From: Candidatus Ozemobacteraceae bacterium
Lineage (GTDB): Bacteria; Muiribacteriota; Ozemobacteria; Ozemobacterales; Ozemobacteraceae
Assembly (NCBI GenBank): GCA_965140445.1
Contig: OZ223236.1
Span: forward strand, 2,816,001 to 2,880,000
Direction: 5' to 3'
Length of the DNA: 64,000 nucleotides
The position numbers were made by a program, and so were the translations under genes. Shown here piece after piece: positions 1 through 10,331 of the stretch (positions are counted from its first letter, which is position 1; every line of letters starts with the position of its first letter). Below the pieces are notes generated by a model. The model did not search any database and was not told where the DNA came from. It was given only the letters and a program-made list of their open reading frames with translations.

Positions 1-343
1 GTTGCTGGGCGAAAAAGGACTGTCCGACGAAGAGTTGCAGGATACAAAAGATCAGCTCAAGGGAAACATGTTGATTGCCCTTGAAAGCACTACAAATAGG
101 ATGAATCGTCTGGCTACAGAATTTTTGTATGGCATTGCACCAAAAACTCCAACTGAAGCAATTGCTCCTTACATGGCAGTTGAACACAATGACGTTATAC
201 AAATTGCAAAAAAACTAATTCAGGAAGACAGGATGGCAATTACTATGATTGCACCTTCCATGGATGCTGCAGATATGCTTGAAGAAAGCAGTTTCAGTGG
301 CAGGACGGTTTTGCGGGAAAAACTTGGTAAATCTGGCAAGTAG
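1..343 (+). CDS. M16 family (pitrilysin-like) peptidase, C-terminal fragment (5' truncated by window)
   Basis: 'EELQDTKDQLKGNMLIALESTTNRMNRLA' is typical of the M16B C-terminal half. Confidence 0.8.
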   Translation, partial: LLGEKGLSDEELQDTKDQLKGNMLIALESTTNRMNRLATEFLYGIAPKTPTEAIAPYMAVEHNDVIQIAKKLIQEDRMAITMIAPSMDAADMLEESSFSGRTVLREKLGKSGK

Positions 344-365
344 CTTCCAAAGAAAAGGAAATAAA

Positions 366-1442
366 ATGGGAAATATTTATAAAGAAAGAATTGAAAAATT
401 ACAAAGTGCTCTTAAAAAAGAATTTCAGGCAGTTTTAGTCACTGACCTTTCCAATATTCGATATCTTTGCGGATATTCCGGATCAAATGGAGCCTTACTT
501 GTTGGAAAGAAAAGCAGTACATTCTTTACTGATTTCCGTTACAAAGAACAATCAGCAAAAGAAGTCGGTGATACCGCTGAAATAATCATAATTAAAGATG
601 GCTTAATTGTTGATATTGCCAAGAACATAAAGAAAAGAAAAATTAAAAAAATGGGCATTGAAAATTCTATGTCTATTGGGCAGTATTTTGCATGCAAAGA
701 GGCTTTTGGCATCGAAATGAAGCAGGTCGGTGGCCTGGTTAATACTTTAAGACAAGTCAAATCTGCAGACGAAATCAAAAATTTCAAGAAAGCTTTTTCA
801 ATTGCAGACAAGGCTTTCGCAGAACTTATGAAAGTAATTAAACCAGGCCAGACAGAGAGTGAAGTAGCGGCTCATCTTGAATTTTTTATGAAACAGGGCG
901 GCTCTTCATATCCAAGTTTTGAAACTATCATAGCGTCTGGACCAAATTCAGCCTGCCCGCATGCTCATCCTACAAACAGGAAGTTAAAAAAAGGTGAAAT
1001 GCTGAAGATTGATTTTGGGGCAACATATAATGGTTATCATTCAGATATGACCCGAACTATTTTCCTCGGAAAAGCAACACCAAAATTTAAAGAGATTTAT
1101 TCCATCGTTCTGAATGCCCAAAAGGCTGCAATTGATGCTTTGAAGGTTGGAGTGGTCTGTAAGGAAATCGATGGAGTTGCTCGAAAAGTAATAACTGATG
1201 CTGGCTATGGGGAGTGCTTTGGGCATGGGCTCGGACACTCCTTAGGCTTGGAAATTCACGAATCTCCATCTTTGTCGCCCACATGCGCAGACAAAATTAA
1301 GCCTGGTATGGCATTTACAGTTGAGCCTGGAATTTATTTGCCAGGATGGGGCGGAATCAGAATTGAAGATGTTTATATCATCAAGGAAAAAGGAAAAACA
1401 CGCCTTACAGCTACACCAAATGAGCTATTTGAGCTGAAATAA
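366..1442 (+). CDS. pepP: Xaa-Pro aminopeptidase (M24B)
   Basis: Creatinase-N 'TDFRY'; metal ligands 'IDFG', 'SDMTRT', 'HGLGHSLGLEIHE', 'TVEPG', 'RIED'; start set at ATG 366 after AAAGGA. Confidence 0.9.
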   Translation: MGNIYKERIEKLQSALKKEFQAVLVTDLSNIRYLCGYSGSNGALLVGKKSSTFFTDFRYKEQSAKEVGDTAEIIIIKDGLIVDIAKNIKKRKIKKMGIENSMSIGQYFACKEAFGIEMKQVGGLVNTLRQVKSADEIKNFKKAFSIADKAFAELMKVIKPGQTESEVAAHLEFFMKQGGSSYPSFETIIASGPNSACPHAHPTNRKLKKGEMLKIDFGATYNGYHSDMTRTIFLGKATPKFKEIYSIVLNAQKAAIDALKVGVVCKEIDGVARKVITDAGYGECFGHGLGHSLGLEIHESPSLSPTCADKIKPGMAFTVEPGIYLPGWGGIRIEDVYIIKEKGKTRLTATPNELFELK

Positions 1443-1454
1443 GAGAATCTAAAC

Positions 1455-1493
1455 AAAAAAAATGAGCCGCTTATTGCTGGCTCATTTTTTTTT
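1455..1493 (+). terminator. Intrinsic terminator
   Basis: aatgagcc...ggctcatt stem with A- and T-tracts. Confidence 0.8.
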
Positions 1494-1561
1494 GTTTTTA
1501 GTTCATTGGCGAGTTCAGTCAGCAAAATTTAATGATTAAAATTTAAAGGCAAAGTTAAAGT

Positions 1562-1588
1562 TAAAGAAATAATACATCCTGTCGATAA
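1562..1588 (+). promoter_or_regulatory. Putative sigma28 (FliA/SigD)-type promoter
   Basis: TAAA-N15-GTCGATAA vs consensus TAAA-N15-GCCGATAA, upstream of GGAGG RBS. Confidence 0.55.
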
Positions 1589-1624
1589 AACCACTGAAAT
1601 ACTGAAATCGCCGGAGGTAAATTG

Positions 1625-2293
1625 ATGAAACGAATTATTCCAGGAATGAGATTCTTTCTCATCCTAGCAGCAATTGCTATCGTGGCAGGTACATCCGGTT
1701 ACAAAAAAGCTAGCGCGGATTCCACCATAACAATTCCCGTTCCTGAAAGTTACAAAGACAAACAGGTAACAATTTCTTTGAGAATTCCGCCAAACACACA
1801 ACCATTGAATCGTAAGCAAGCCAGACCTAAGCTTAAATCACGCAAAAGTTTGATTGTTTGGCATAATAATCCTTCACCAAAAATTGATGCTAAAGATGAA
1901 ATTCACGGAATTTTTAAAACATTTCTGAAAAAAGGCTGGGTTAAAAATACTATCAGCAGAGAAATTATAAGAATGAGACCCATGGAAAAATATTATGCTG
2001 TGAGACTTCTTCAGCATATTACATCAAATGTAATCGAAATTGGTCAAGCGCCAAACTTCAGTAGAGTAGTAAGGAAATGCAATTTAACTACTTCTGATAT
2101 TGAAGATTTAAGAAGAATGTTGAAAAGGTTTGAAAAGGAACTGGTCATTTTTGGCTCAAATCCTAAAAATCTTGATAGAGATTTGCTCATGCTCCAGGAA
2201 AGATTCAAAAAGTCTCGCCAGGGAATTTTGAAAGTTCTTAGAGTAGAAGGCGCAGATGATGGAAGCACCTTAATTCATTTAAGTGTAGATTAA
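1625..2293 (+). CDS. Exported hypothetical protein with degenerate SLH/OmpM-stalk-like segment
   Basis: Signal peptide; GGAGG RBS; 'RPMEKYYAVRLL...SDIEDLRRMLKRFEKELVIFG'. Confidence 0.6.
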   Translation: MKRIIPGMRFFLILAAIAIVAGTSGYKKASADSTITIPVPESYKDKQVTISLRIPPNTQPLNRKQARPKLKSRKSLIVWHNNPSPKIDAKDEIHGIFKTFLKKGWVKNTISREIIRMRPMEKYYAVRLLQHITSNVIEIGQAPNFSRVVRKCNLTTSDIEDLRRMLKRFEKELVIFGSNPKNLDRDLLMLQERFKKSRQGILKVLRVEGADDGSTLIHLSVD

Positions 2294-2308
2294 AAAAATA
2301 TCTCAAAC

Positions 2309-2339
2309 AAAAAAGCCTCTGGAAACAGAGGCTTTTTTT
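2309..2339 (+). terminator. Intrinsic terminator
   Basis: aaaaaagcctctg-gaaa-cagaggcttttttt. Confidence 0.9.
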
Positions 2340-2413
2340 GCATTGATTTTAATCAAATTTTACTCTAACCTTCTAAACCCGAACAAATGTTAAAGCAGGT
2401 ATAAAAGAATAAA

Positions 2414-3673
2414 ATGTTCAAAAATATAGTTTTCAGGAATAGAGAATTTAGACTGTTATGGTTGGCCCAGTTGGTTGCCTTTATTGGAGAAGGCGTTTTT
2501 CAGGCGGCTATGATCTGGTGGGTTGTAAAAATTACCGGCTCGGGAACTACGGTTGGAAAAATTGTAAGCATGAGTTTTTTGCCTGCAGTTCTAATCGGTC
2601 CTTTTGCCGGTACTCTTGCTGATAGGCTTAGACCTAGATTGCTACTTGTCGGGGCCGATCTGTTTAGAGCTGCTTTAATAGCTGTGTTCTCCTATATGGC
2701 TTTTACTGAACATTTAGTAGTTAATCAGCTTTATTGGCTTTGTGGTCTTTTATCAGCAGCCGGGGTTTTTCATTCACCAACTACTTTAACTGTCATTCCG
2801 CAGGTTGTTAAAGAAACTGAAATTGATGAAGCTATGGCTTTACATACAATAGTTAGAGATATTTCAAAACTCGCTGGCCCGGCTCTTGGGGGAATGATAA
2901 TTGCGCGATGGTCGGTTGGTCATGCTTTTGCGGTTCACAGCGCTTGTCTTGTATTTTCTGCTCTTATGGTAATGTTAATGAATATTGGGCATATAAAGCC
3001 AGAACCAACAGAGGAATCTGTAATTTCTCAGCTTAAGGGCGGCTTTTCGTATGCCTGGAGCCAGAAAACGTTGTTTACCCTTCTGATAAGTTTTGGAGTT
3101 CTCAATCTTTTTGTTGTGCCAATAATTGTTTTAATACCTCTTTCAATTCAGAAGATCTTTTTAGCAGGAAATTCAGCAGGTGCAGATGGGCTTATTAGCT
3201 TGGGAATTTTTTCCATAAAAGGTTCACTTGCCTTTGGAATAAGCGAAGGGGTACTGGCTTTTGGTTCTGTTATAACTGGTTTATTCTTTGTTAAGCTATT
3301 TTCTAAGGTAAGAAATTCAAGAATATTGATCGGTGCCCTTGTAGCAAACGCAGCGTTATTTTTTGTATTTAGCGTAAACACCCAATTTGCTATTTTCTTA
3401 ATTGGCCTGTTTTTGTTAGGAAGCTGCTTTACGTCTGTAAATGTTGCAGTTCTTTCTTTGTTTCAGGGTACAGTTGCCCAGGAAATGAAAGGAAGATTTT
3501 TTGCTCTGGTTGAAGTTCTTAGTTTTGCATTGTTCCCAATTTCATTAGCTGCAGCGGGTACATTGGCAGATAAACTTGGGGTAGAGAAATGCTTTTCAAT
3601 ATGCGGGGTTGGAATTGCAGCAATAGTGCTGATTTTGATTCTGAAAAAAGATTTAAGGGAAATTGATAAATAA
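2414..3673 (+). CDS. MFS transporter (DHA3/MefA-like efflux)
   Basis: About 12 TM segments; 'FRLLWLAQ'; motif A 'GTLADRLRPR'; 'GPALGG'. Confidence 0.9.
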   Translation: MFKNIVFRNREFRLLWLAQLVAFIGEGVFQAAMIWWVVKITGSGTTVGKIVSMSFLPAVLIGPFAGTLADRLRPRLLLVGADLFRAALIAVFSYMAFTEHLVVNQLYWLCGLLSAAGVFHSPTTLTVIPQVVKETEIDEAMALHTIVRDISKLAGPALGGMIIARWSVGHAFAVHSACLVFSALMVMLMNIGHIKPEPTEESVISQLKGGFSYAWSQKTLFTLLISFGVLNLFVVPIIVLIPLSIQKIFLAGNSAGADGLISLGIFSIKGSLAFGISEGVLAFGSVITGLFFVKLFSKVRNSRILIGALVANAALFFVFSVNTQFAIFLIGLFLLGSCFTSVNVAVLSLFQGTVAQEMKGRFFALVEVLSFALFPISLAAAGTLADKLGVEKCFSICGVGIAAIVLILILKKDLREIDK

Positions 3674-3748
3674 TTTTCTTTTCCCCCTCCCGGACTTGAG
3701 AAAATTCTGTATACTTATAGAAATATAATTAGTTCATGGAGGGAACAA

Positions 3749-6010
3749 ATGACGCTTTCCCGTTTTGGCAAAAATTGTTTTGGACTTATTCTCGGTCTAG
3801 GTCTTGCAGGCTCTGTTTGTGCTGCTAATCTGGATCAAATGGTAACCGAAAACTTGAATAAGGTTGCCAGAGATATGCATTACTCGTCCAGAGCTGTTGG
3901 AAACGAAGGCCAGACAAGTGATGTGGCCATGGGAGCCCTTGCAAAAGAATCAGCTGCTGTAGATTCTTTGAGAAGAGTTCTTTCAAAGGTTGAGACTGAA
4001 AAAGAAATCCAAACTGCAGCTCAACAGCTCAAAGCATTTGGTTACAGAGTTTCAACAAATGCAGAAAAAAGAGCTTTCCGAGAAGGTTACAGTATTCTTG
4101 AAAAAAGAGTGAAGTTTCTTGCTCAAATGGAAAACCCACAGCTTTTGTCATCTTTGAACTATTTAAGCGCAATTAATTCTGAAGTTGAAAATGGTTTTGC
4201 CAAATTAGATACCGATATTAGCTCTCGTGTTCAGCTTTTAGCGTCAAAAAGATCATCAAAAACACGAACAAGCACAGGAATGCTTGGTGCTAATGTTAAA
4301 AATGGAAAAACATACTTTTCTGTATATTCATGGGCTGCAACAGATGTGAAAGTGGTTATCTTTAAAAATGCCTCAGATAAAAAAGGTACCGCTTACCCAA
4401 TGAAAAAAGATGCCAATGGCATCTGGAAATGCGCTCTTGATGGAGAATTATACGGAACATTTTATGGTTTTGTAGCAGATGGTCCAAATACTGACGGACA
4501 TCTATTCGATAAAACCAGATTGCTTTCCGATCCTTATGCTTTTGCAAATGTAGACCATAATGGAAAGAGTATCGTTGTAAATAAGAATTTTAAATGGACA
4601 GATGCTAACTTTAAGCGTCCAAAAGCAAAAGACGCCATTGTTTATGAAATGCACATTAAAGATTTCACTGCTCACAAATCCTCTGGAGTAACAGGAGAAA
4701 AGAGGGGCAAATATCTTGGTTTACTTGAAGGAAAAGGCTCTGATGTAGTTCTTGGTCACCTTAAAGATCTAGGTGTTAACGCCGTTGAATTGTTACCAGT
4801 GCATGAATTTGATAATAACTTTGCAGGCGTGGTTAACCATTGGGGTTACATGACCAGTCATTATTTTGCTCCAGAGTGCTCGTATGCTACCAATAAAAAC
4901 GGGGCAGCTGTTGTAGAGTTTAAAAAGCTTGTAAATGGGCTTCACAACAATGGAATTGCTGTTGTTATGGATGTTGTATACAATCACACCGCTGAAGGCG
5001 ATCACAGAGGTTTACCTTTGAACCTTAAAGGATTGGATAATCCTGGATATTATCGCTTGATGAATGACAAAAAATACTATTGGAACGGCACTGGTTGCGG
5101 AAATGAAGTAAATTCCGATAGTCCAATGACGAGAAAGCTGATTGTTGATAGTCTTAAATACTGGCATAAAGAATATCATATCGATGGTTTCAGATTTGAC
5201 CTTGGAACTATCCTTGATAAGGAAACATTCAATCAGATTCTTAGCGAGTTACCAGAAGATGTAATGATATTTGCTGAACCTTGGGCTGCAGATTGGCAGA
5301 GAAACAAATGGGGCAAAAGTGATTTCAGAAATACCAGACTTGCCAAATGGAATGATGATTTCCGTGAAAAAGTTCGCTCATTCGTATCCGGAAATGCAAA
5401 CAGAAACGACTTTATGACTGTTATGGCTGGAACTTGCTTCTGGTGGGCAGCCAAACCTCAAGAAAGCTTGAACTATATTGCCGCTCACGATGGTTATACC
5501 ATTGGCGACCTCTTTCATGGCGATAAAAAGAAATCTAGACTTGCAGCGGTTGCACTTCTAACTTCTCAGGGAATCCCAATGATTCACGAAGGTCAGGAAT
5601 TTAATAGAAGTAAAAAAGGCAATCATAACTCCTACGACCAGGACAATGCTACAAACTGGATTAACTGGGACGAAAAAAGAAAAAATATCGATGTATTTAA
5701 TTTCTATAAAGGTTTAATCAACCTGAGACTTAAATACGATAATTTCCGACACCCAGTAGCCCTTAATAGCCAGAAACTTGATTGGATTTCACAGCCAAAT
5801 CAAAAAGCAGTTGGAATGCATCTTAAAGGTAAAACAGAATTTCTTGTTCTTTTGAACGGCGATCCAAACAACTGGGCCAGTTTCAAATTCCCTGGCGGGG
5901 GAAAATGGACTGTAGTTTGTGATGGTGAGAAAGTTGATGATAATGGACTTTACACTGCAGAAAATGACTATGGAGTTCCTCCAACTACTGGAGTAATACT
6001 TAAAAGATAG
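3749..6010 (+). CDS. Secreted GH13 debranching enzyme (type I pullulanase/isoamylase-like, CBM48)
   Basis: Signal peptide; 'NHWGY', 'DVVYNH', 'DGFRFDL', 'AEPW', 'AHDG' motifs; GGAGG RBS. Confidence 0.9.
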   Translation: MTLSRFGKNCFGLILGLGLAGSVCAANLDQMVTENLNKVARDMHYSSRAVGNEGQTSDVAMGALAKESAAVDSLRRVLSKVETEKEIQTAAQQLKAFGYRVSTNAEKRAFREGYSILEKRVKFLAQMENPQLLSSLNYLSAINSEVENGFAKLDTDISSRVQLLASKRSSKTRTSTGMLGANVKNGKTYFSVYSWAATDVKVVIFKNASDKKGTAYPMKKDANGIWKCALDGELYGTFYGFVADGPNTDGHLFDKTRLLSDPYAFANVDHNGKSIVVNKNFKWTDANFKRPKAKDAIVYEMHIKDFTAHKSSGVTGEKRGKYLGLLEGKGSDVVLGHLKDLGVNAVELLPVHEFDNNFAGVVNHWGYMTSHYFAPECSYATNKNGAAVVEFKKLVNGLHNNGIAVVMDVVYNHTAEGDHRGLPLNLKGLDNPGYYRLMNDKKYYWNGTGCGNEVNSDSPMTRKLIVDSLKYWHKEYHIDGFRFDLGTILDKETFNQILSELPEDVMIFAEPWAADWQRNKWGKSDFRNTRLAKWNDDFREKVRSFVSGNANRNDFMTVMAGTCFWWAAKPQESLNYIAAHDGYTIGDLFHGDKKKSRLAAVALLTSQGIPMIHEGQEFNRSKKGNHNSYDQDNATNWINWDEKRKNIDVFNFYKGLINLRLKYDNFRHPVALNSQKLDWISQPNQKAVGMHLKGKTEFLVLLNGDPNNWASFKFPGGGKWTVVCDGEKVDDNGLYTAENDYGVPPTTGVILKR

Positions 6011-6019
6011 TTCAGTATT

Positions 6020-6052
6020 GGGCTGCCTCAAATTTTGAGGCAGCCCTTTTTT
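6020..6052 (+). terminator. Intrinsic terminator
   Basis: gggctgcctcaa...ttgaggcagccc plus T-tract. Confidence 0.9.
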
Positions 6053-6109
6053 CTTTTAGAAAATAGATGAAAGTGTCGATAAGAAAAGAAAAACAGGAGA
6101 TCTAATTGG

Positions 6110-6568
6110 ATGATTGCCAGGATTAATAATAGAGGTTTTGTCGGAATAGTGATTTTAATATTGCTGGTATTGGGGTTAATCGGAATCTATTTTGGTTATA
6201 GCTGGTATCAGGAAAAGAATTTTATTTCCCTGTATGATGGTGATATGACCAGAAAGCTTGATATACCACCTTTTGCCGAAAGAAAGTTTTCCGCAATTAA
6301 TGACCTGAAAGGCGAGGTTACATTAAAGGTAAGCACAAGCCCAGATCAAATTGGAATGTTTTTCAAGAGCTCTTGCGATAATTATGGCTACACATATGAA
6401 GGCGATTCCGAAAAAATACAGATTTCAATTAGAGCCGGATACGTAATTAGTGGAGAATTTAAGGATAACCTGCTTGTTTTAAAATGGAATCCTGTTCTCG
6501 ATTCTAAGAATAAAAAGAGATATGAAAAAGCCTTTAAAAAACCTTATAAAGAGGAAAAAAAGAAATAA
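6110..6568 (+). CDS. Membrane-anchored hypothetical protein with prepilin-like N-terminus
   Basis: 'NNRG|FVGIVILILLVLGLIG'; AGGAG RBS. Confidence 0.6.
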   Translation: MIARINNRGFVGIVILILLVLGLIGIYFGYSWYQEKNFISLYDGDMTRKLDIPPFAERKFSAINDLKGEVTLKVSTSPDQIGMFFKSSCDNYGYTYEGDSEKIQISIRAGYVISGEFKDNLLVLKWNPVLDSKNKKRYEKAFKKPYKEEKKK

Positions 6569-6569
6569 G

Positions 6570-7355
6570 TCAGCCGCCTGCCGAGGTATAGCCTGCAATA
6601 GTTTTTTTCCAGATTAAAACGGTAAAAAACAGGAAAAGGCTTGAAATTCCAATGGCAGTAAGTGCAACTGTCCATTCACCACTTCCTAACAGCATTTTTG
6701 CAGGTACAGTTGAGATAAAGGCAATTGGAAAAACTGAAAAAAACATGTGCCTGAGCCATTTTGGGTAAATATCGATTGGATACCGGCAAAAAGAAAATAA
6801 TGACCACATAAGCTGCGACATATTGTCCAGCTTTTCGCTTTTTACGGCAAAACAAAGTAAAAGCACAAACAGACAATAGATTAAGGCCATTGAAGAAGAA
6901 ACGGCCAAAAGAAATTTTAAAATTGCCACAAGGCTGAATTTTAATGCTCCTTTCCAGAATAGCCAGAGTAATAGTGCATTGGCAGTGAAAAGACTTCCAA
7001 TTTCTTCAAAGGAAATTTTTCTGAATGAGACTACCAGTAGCGGTGAAACGGGCTTGGTAAGTAAAAGGTCCAGATTGCCTGAATTCACCATTTCCCCCAT
7101 TGCCACAAGGTTTGGATACAAAAATATAAAATGAAGACAAAATACGTTCATGAATACAGCGTATAGAGTCAGCATTTGATCAGAATCCCATCCAGCCACT
7201 GATTTTGCTGCAGTAAAGAAAATAAGATACTGTAATAAGCCAAATAGAAAATCAAAAAAGTTTGCAACAATGGCAAACACAAAACTCATTCTATATTCCA
7301 TTGCCTGAATAATTGAGGCTTTCCAGAACTTAAATATTATTTTTATTGAACTCAA
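6570..7355 (-). CDS. ABC-2 family (DUF990-type) permease
   Basis: 'MEYR', 'GNLDLLLTKP', 'YPIDIYP', C-terminal 'YTSAGG'. Confidence 0.85.
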   Translation of the reverse strand: MSSIKIIFKFWKASIIQAMEYRMSFVFAIVANFFDFLFGLLQYLIFFTAAKSVAGWDSDQMLTLYAVFMNVFCLHFIFLYPNLVAMGEMVNSGNLDLLLTKPVSPLLVVSFRKISFEEIGSLFTANALLLWLFWKGALKFSLVAILKFLLAVSSSMALIYCLFVLLLCFAVKSEKLDNMSQLMWSLFSFCRYPIDIYPKWLRHMFFSVFPIAFISTVPAKMLLGSGEWTVALTAIGISSLFLFFTVLIWKKTIAGYTSAGG

Positions 7356-7358
7356 GTT

Positions 7359-8171
7359 CTAGCCTCCATATGCAGAATAGTTTTTTAAGCCCTGTTTCCA
7401 TATAACTCTAATTATTATTGAAAAGATTATGGTCCAGAACGCGATTACACCAAAGCCTGATGCAATATCTGAAAGGGACAATTTGCCTCTTAGAATTTCG
7501 ATTGGAAAACTCAACATGTACCTATAGGGCAGAGAGTTGGCGATTACTCTAAAATTTTCGGGAAAGGTTTCCACAGGAACAATCATTCCCCCTAACAACG
7601 CCCATATACCGCCATTTAAAACTAGATTCAAGGTAGTTACATCTTCCAGCCAGAATCCTAGCAGCGCAATTGAAGAAGAAATGGCAAAGCGAACTATTGC
7701 TCCGCCGATTAAAGCCAGGACAAATAAAACTGCAATTTCTGTAGTGATAGGAATTACAGGGAGATATGGCTTTAGAAAAAAGAAACCAATCAAGGTTATT
7801 GGAATCAAATATAAAAGTTGAACCGTCTTATTGGTTAGACTTTCGATAACATACAAAAGAAGTGGTGGGTAAGGCTTTAAGAGTTCCCTGTTTAACGTAC
7901 CGTTGCGTATACTTTCTGGAAACCTGAAAACAGTTCTGGCATCTGTGAAATTTAAAACCAGAGGAACCATGAGATAATAGAAAATGTAATCGGCGTTTCC
8001 ATAAGGGTTTGAAGCTGTCTTTTCAATTGAAAGCCATGCAGAAACCAAAACAACCGGGAGTAGAATTAGTCTAATCGCATTTATAAACAGCATGGCACGA
8101 TATTCCATAAGCATCTGCCAATTAGCTGAATAAATTTTCAGATTCGTTTTCCAGCAACAAAATAAATTCAT
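7359..8171 (-). CDS. ABC-2 family (DUF990-type) permease
   Basis: 'MEYR', 'IRNGTLNRELLKP', C-terminal 'YSAYGG'. Confidence 0.85.
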   Translation of the reverse strand: MNLFCCWKTNLKIYSANWQMLMEYRAMLFINAIRLILLPVVLVSAWLSIEKTASNPYGNADYIFYYLMVPLVLNFTDARTVFRFPESIRNGTLNRELLKPYPPLLLYVIESLTNKTVQLLYLIPITLIGFFFLKPYLPVIPITTEIAVLFVLALIGGAIVRFAISSSIALLGFWLEDVTTLNLVLNGGIWALLGGMIVPVETFPENFRVIANSLPYRYMLSFPIEILRGKLSLSDIASGFGVIAFWTIIFSIIIRVIWKQGLKNYSAYGG

Positions 8172-8202
8172 TATAAAAATAGCTCACTAGGAATAAATGT
8201 AA

Positions 8203-9219
8203 TCATTTTGGAGGCTCGCTATTTTGATTGTTGGTAAAAAGATCTCCAATAATATCTTCAAGCGGAACATCTTCAATGGTCAAATCTTCGATTTTACCGG
8301 TTGAATAGAGTTTGGAAGCGAATTCGCCAACCTTGTTTCGCGGAACACTAAATGTCTGCTGTGGCCCATGTTCCGAGATTAATTTTACCTGGGAATAATC
8401 TTTGGCAGAAATCTTTTCACTGGAGACTATTCTTATAATCTTGTTTTGATTAAAACTGGCTGTTAAGCTTGAAAGGCTTCCATCAAAGATTTTTTTCCCT
8501 AAGTCTATAACGATAACTCTTGAAGCAAGTGCAGCTACATCATCCATATAATGAGATGTCAGCAATATTGTTGGTTTAAACCTTTGATGATAATCCTTTA
8601 AAAATCTTCGAATCTTTTTTTGCATCAGGATGTCCAGGCCAATGGTTGGTTCATCAAGGAATAGAATCGAAGGCTGATGAAGTAATGAAACAGCAAGCTC
8701 ACAGCGCATTCTCTGCCCAAGTGATAGCTTTCTTGTTTGAGTTTCCAGACATTCTTCAATTTCAAGCATTTCCACCAGTTCTGAAATTCTGTTTTGAAAT
8801 TCGTTCTCTGGAATCTGATAAATTTCTTTATGGATTTGAAAAGTCTCTGCCGGAGGAAGATCCCACCAGAGATTTTGCTTTTGTCCCATAACTAACGAAA
8901 CTGATTTTAAAAAGTCATTTTCTCTTTCAAATGGTGTGTATCCGGCAACATCTATTGTTCCTCCAGTTGGAACAAGAAGCCCGGAAAGCATCTTTAATGT
9001 AGTTGTTTTTCCAGCTCCGTTAGGACCTAAAAATCCAATTATCTCGCCTTTTACAATTTCCAGATCAAGATCTTTAACTGCTTCAACTTTTCTATAGACA
9101 GGCGAAAAAAAATTTTTAATACTTGCTGCAATGCCTTCAGATTTGAGTCTTACGTTAAATTCACGGCAAAGGCTTTTTGTTTGGATGACAAAGCTGTCTT
9201 TATTGTTATTATTAATCAT
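8203..9219 (-). CDS. ABC transporter ATP-binding protein
   Basis: Walker A GPNGAGKTT, signature LSLGQ, Walker B LFLDEPT. Confidence 0.95.
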   Translation of the reverse strand: MINNNNKDSFVIQTKSLCREFNVRLKSEGIAASIKNFFSPVYRKVEAVKDLDLEIVKGEIIGFLGPNGAGKTTTLKMLSGLLVPTGGTIDVAGYTPFERENDFLKSVSLVMGQKQNLWWDLPPAETFQIHKEIYQIPENEFQNRISELVEMLEIEECLETQTRKLSLGQRMRCELAVSLLHQPSILFLDEPTIGLDILMQKKIRRFLKDYHQRFKPTILLTSHYMDDVAALASRVIVIDLGKKIFDGSLSSLTASFNQNKIIRIVSSEKISAKDYSQVKLISEHGPQQTFSVPRNKVGEFASKLYSTGKIEDLTIEDVPLEDIIGDLFTNNQNSEPPK

Positions 9220-9298
9220 ATAGTGGTCAGATAATAATCTTTAAAGTCTATTTGTTCAAGATTTTGGGCAGAAATTCTTCAAAATGTAAGGATAAAAA

Positions 9299-10312
9299 AT
9301 GAAAATAGCTTTCTTCAGCACTAAAAAATACGATGTTAGATTTTTCTCTGAAGCTAACATTGATAAAGCACACGACATAGAGTTTCTTGAATCTCCATTA
9401 AACGAAGAAACCGTTGGCCTTGCGAAAGGTTATCAAGCTGTTTGCGTATTTGTAAATGATGTGTTGAACAAAACCGTTGTAGAAAAGCTTGGAGAATATG
9501 GAATTGAGTTAATTGCCTTGCGCTGTGCGGGGTTTAACAATGTTGATCTTGATGCTGCTGAAAAAGCTGGAATAAAGGTAGTTAGAGTGCCGGCGTATTC
9601 CCCTTACTCGGTTGCAGAGCATACAGTAGGTTTGATTTTGACCCTGAACCGAAAATTTCACAAAGCTTATTCGAGAGTTCGTGAAGCCAACTTTTCTCTC
9701 GAAGGTCTTTTGGGCTTTGACTTAAATGGAAAAACTATTGGAGTTATTGGTGCAGGGAAAATAGGGGCGCTGGTTTGTAAGATTATGACAGGCTTTGGTT
9801 GCCGCGTCCTTGCCTATGATGCCTGGAAGAATCCAGAATGTTTAAAAATCGGCGTTGAATTTGTAGAATTGAAAGATCTGGTAAGAAATTCAGATATTGT
9901 ATCTCTGCATTGTCCATTGATGCCTGAAACATGGCACCTGTTTGATGGCAGAATGATTGGGAAAATGAAAAATGGTGCCATGCTTATCAACACCAGCAGA
10001 GGCGGACTTGTTGATACTCTTGCGGTAATTGACGCATTAAAGTGCGGTAAAATAAGTGCTTTAGGCTTAGATGTTTATGAAGAGGAAGCCGACCTGTTTT
10101 TTGAGGACCTGTCTGGAGAAATTATAAAAGACGATGTTTTCTCACGTTTGTTGACCTTTCCAAATGTTGTTATTACCGGGCATCAGGCCTTTTTTACCCG
10201 GGAAGCTCTGAGTGGGATAGCAAAAACTACTATTGAAAATTTGAAGGAATTTCAAAAAGGAGTTCCACTCCAAAATGAAGTAGTAAAAGAGAAGATAATA
10301 CCCAAAACCTGA
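9299..10312 (+). CDS. ldhA: D-lactate dehydrogenase (D-2-hydroxyacid dehydrogenase)
   Basis: '[10 protein letters not shown]', 'VPAYSP', 'GAGKIG', 'INTSRG', 'DVYEEE', 'TGHQAF'. Confidence 0.9.
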   Translation: MKIAFFSTKKYDVRFFSEANIDKAHDIEFLESPLNEETVGLAKGYQAVCVFVNDVLNKTVVEKLGEYGIELIALRCAGFNNVDLDAAEKAGIKVVRVPAYSPYSVAEHTVGLILTLNRKFHKAYSRVREANFSLEGLLGFDLNGKTIGVIGAGKIGALVCKIMTGFGCRVLAYDAWKNPECLKIGVEFVELKDLVRNSDIVSLHCPLMPETWHLFDGRMIGKMKNGAMLINTSRGGLVDTLAVIDALKCGKISALGLDVYEEEADLFFEDLSGEIIKDDVFSRLLTFPNVVITGHQAFFTREALSGIAKTTIENLKEFQKGVPLQNEVVKEKIIPKT

Positions 10313-10331
10313 TAAAAAGGGTGGGGGCTAA

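Noticed and set aside
249..365. N-terminal extension of the M24 peptidase ORF
   Set aside because: Overlaps the M16 gene; the RBS and family N-terminus fit ATG 366.
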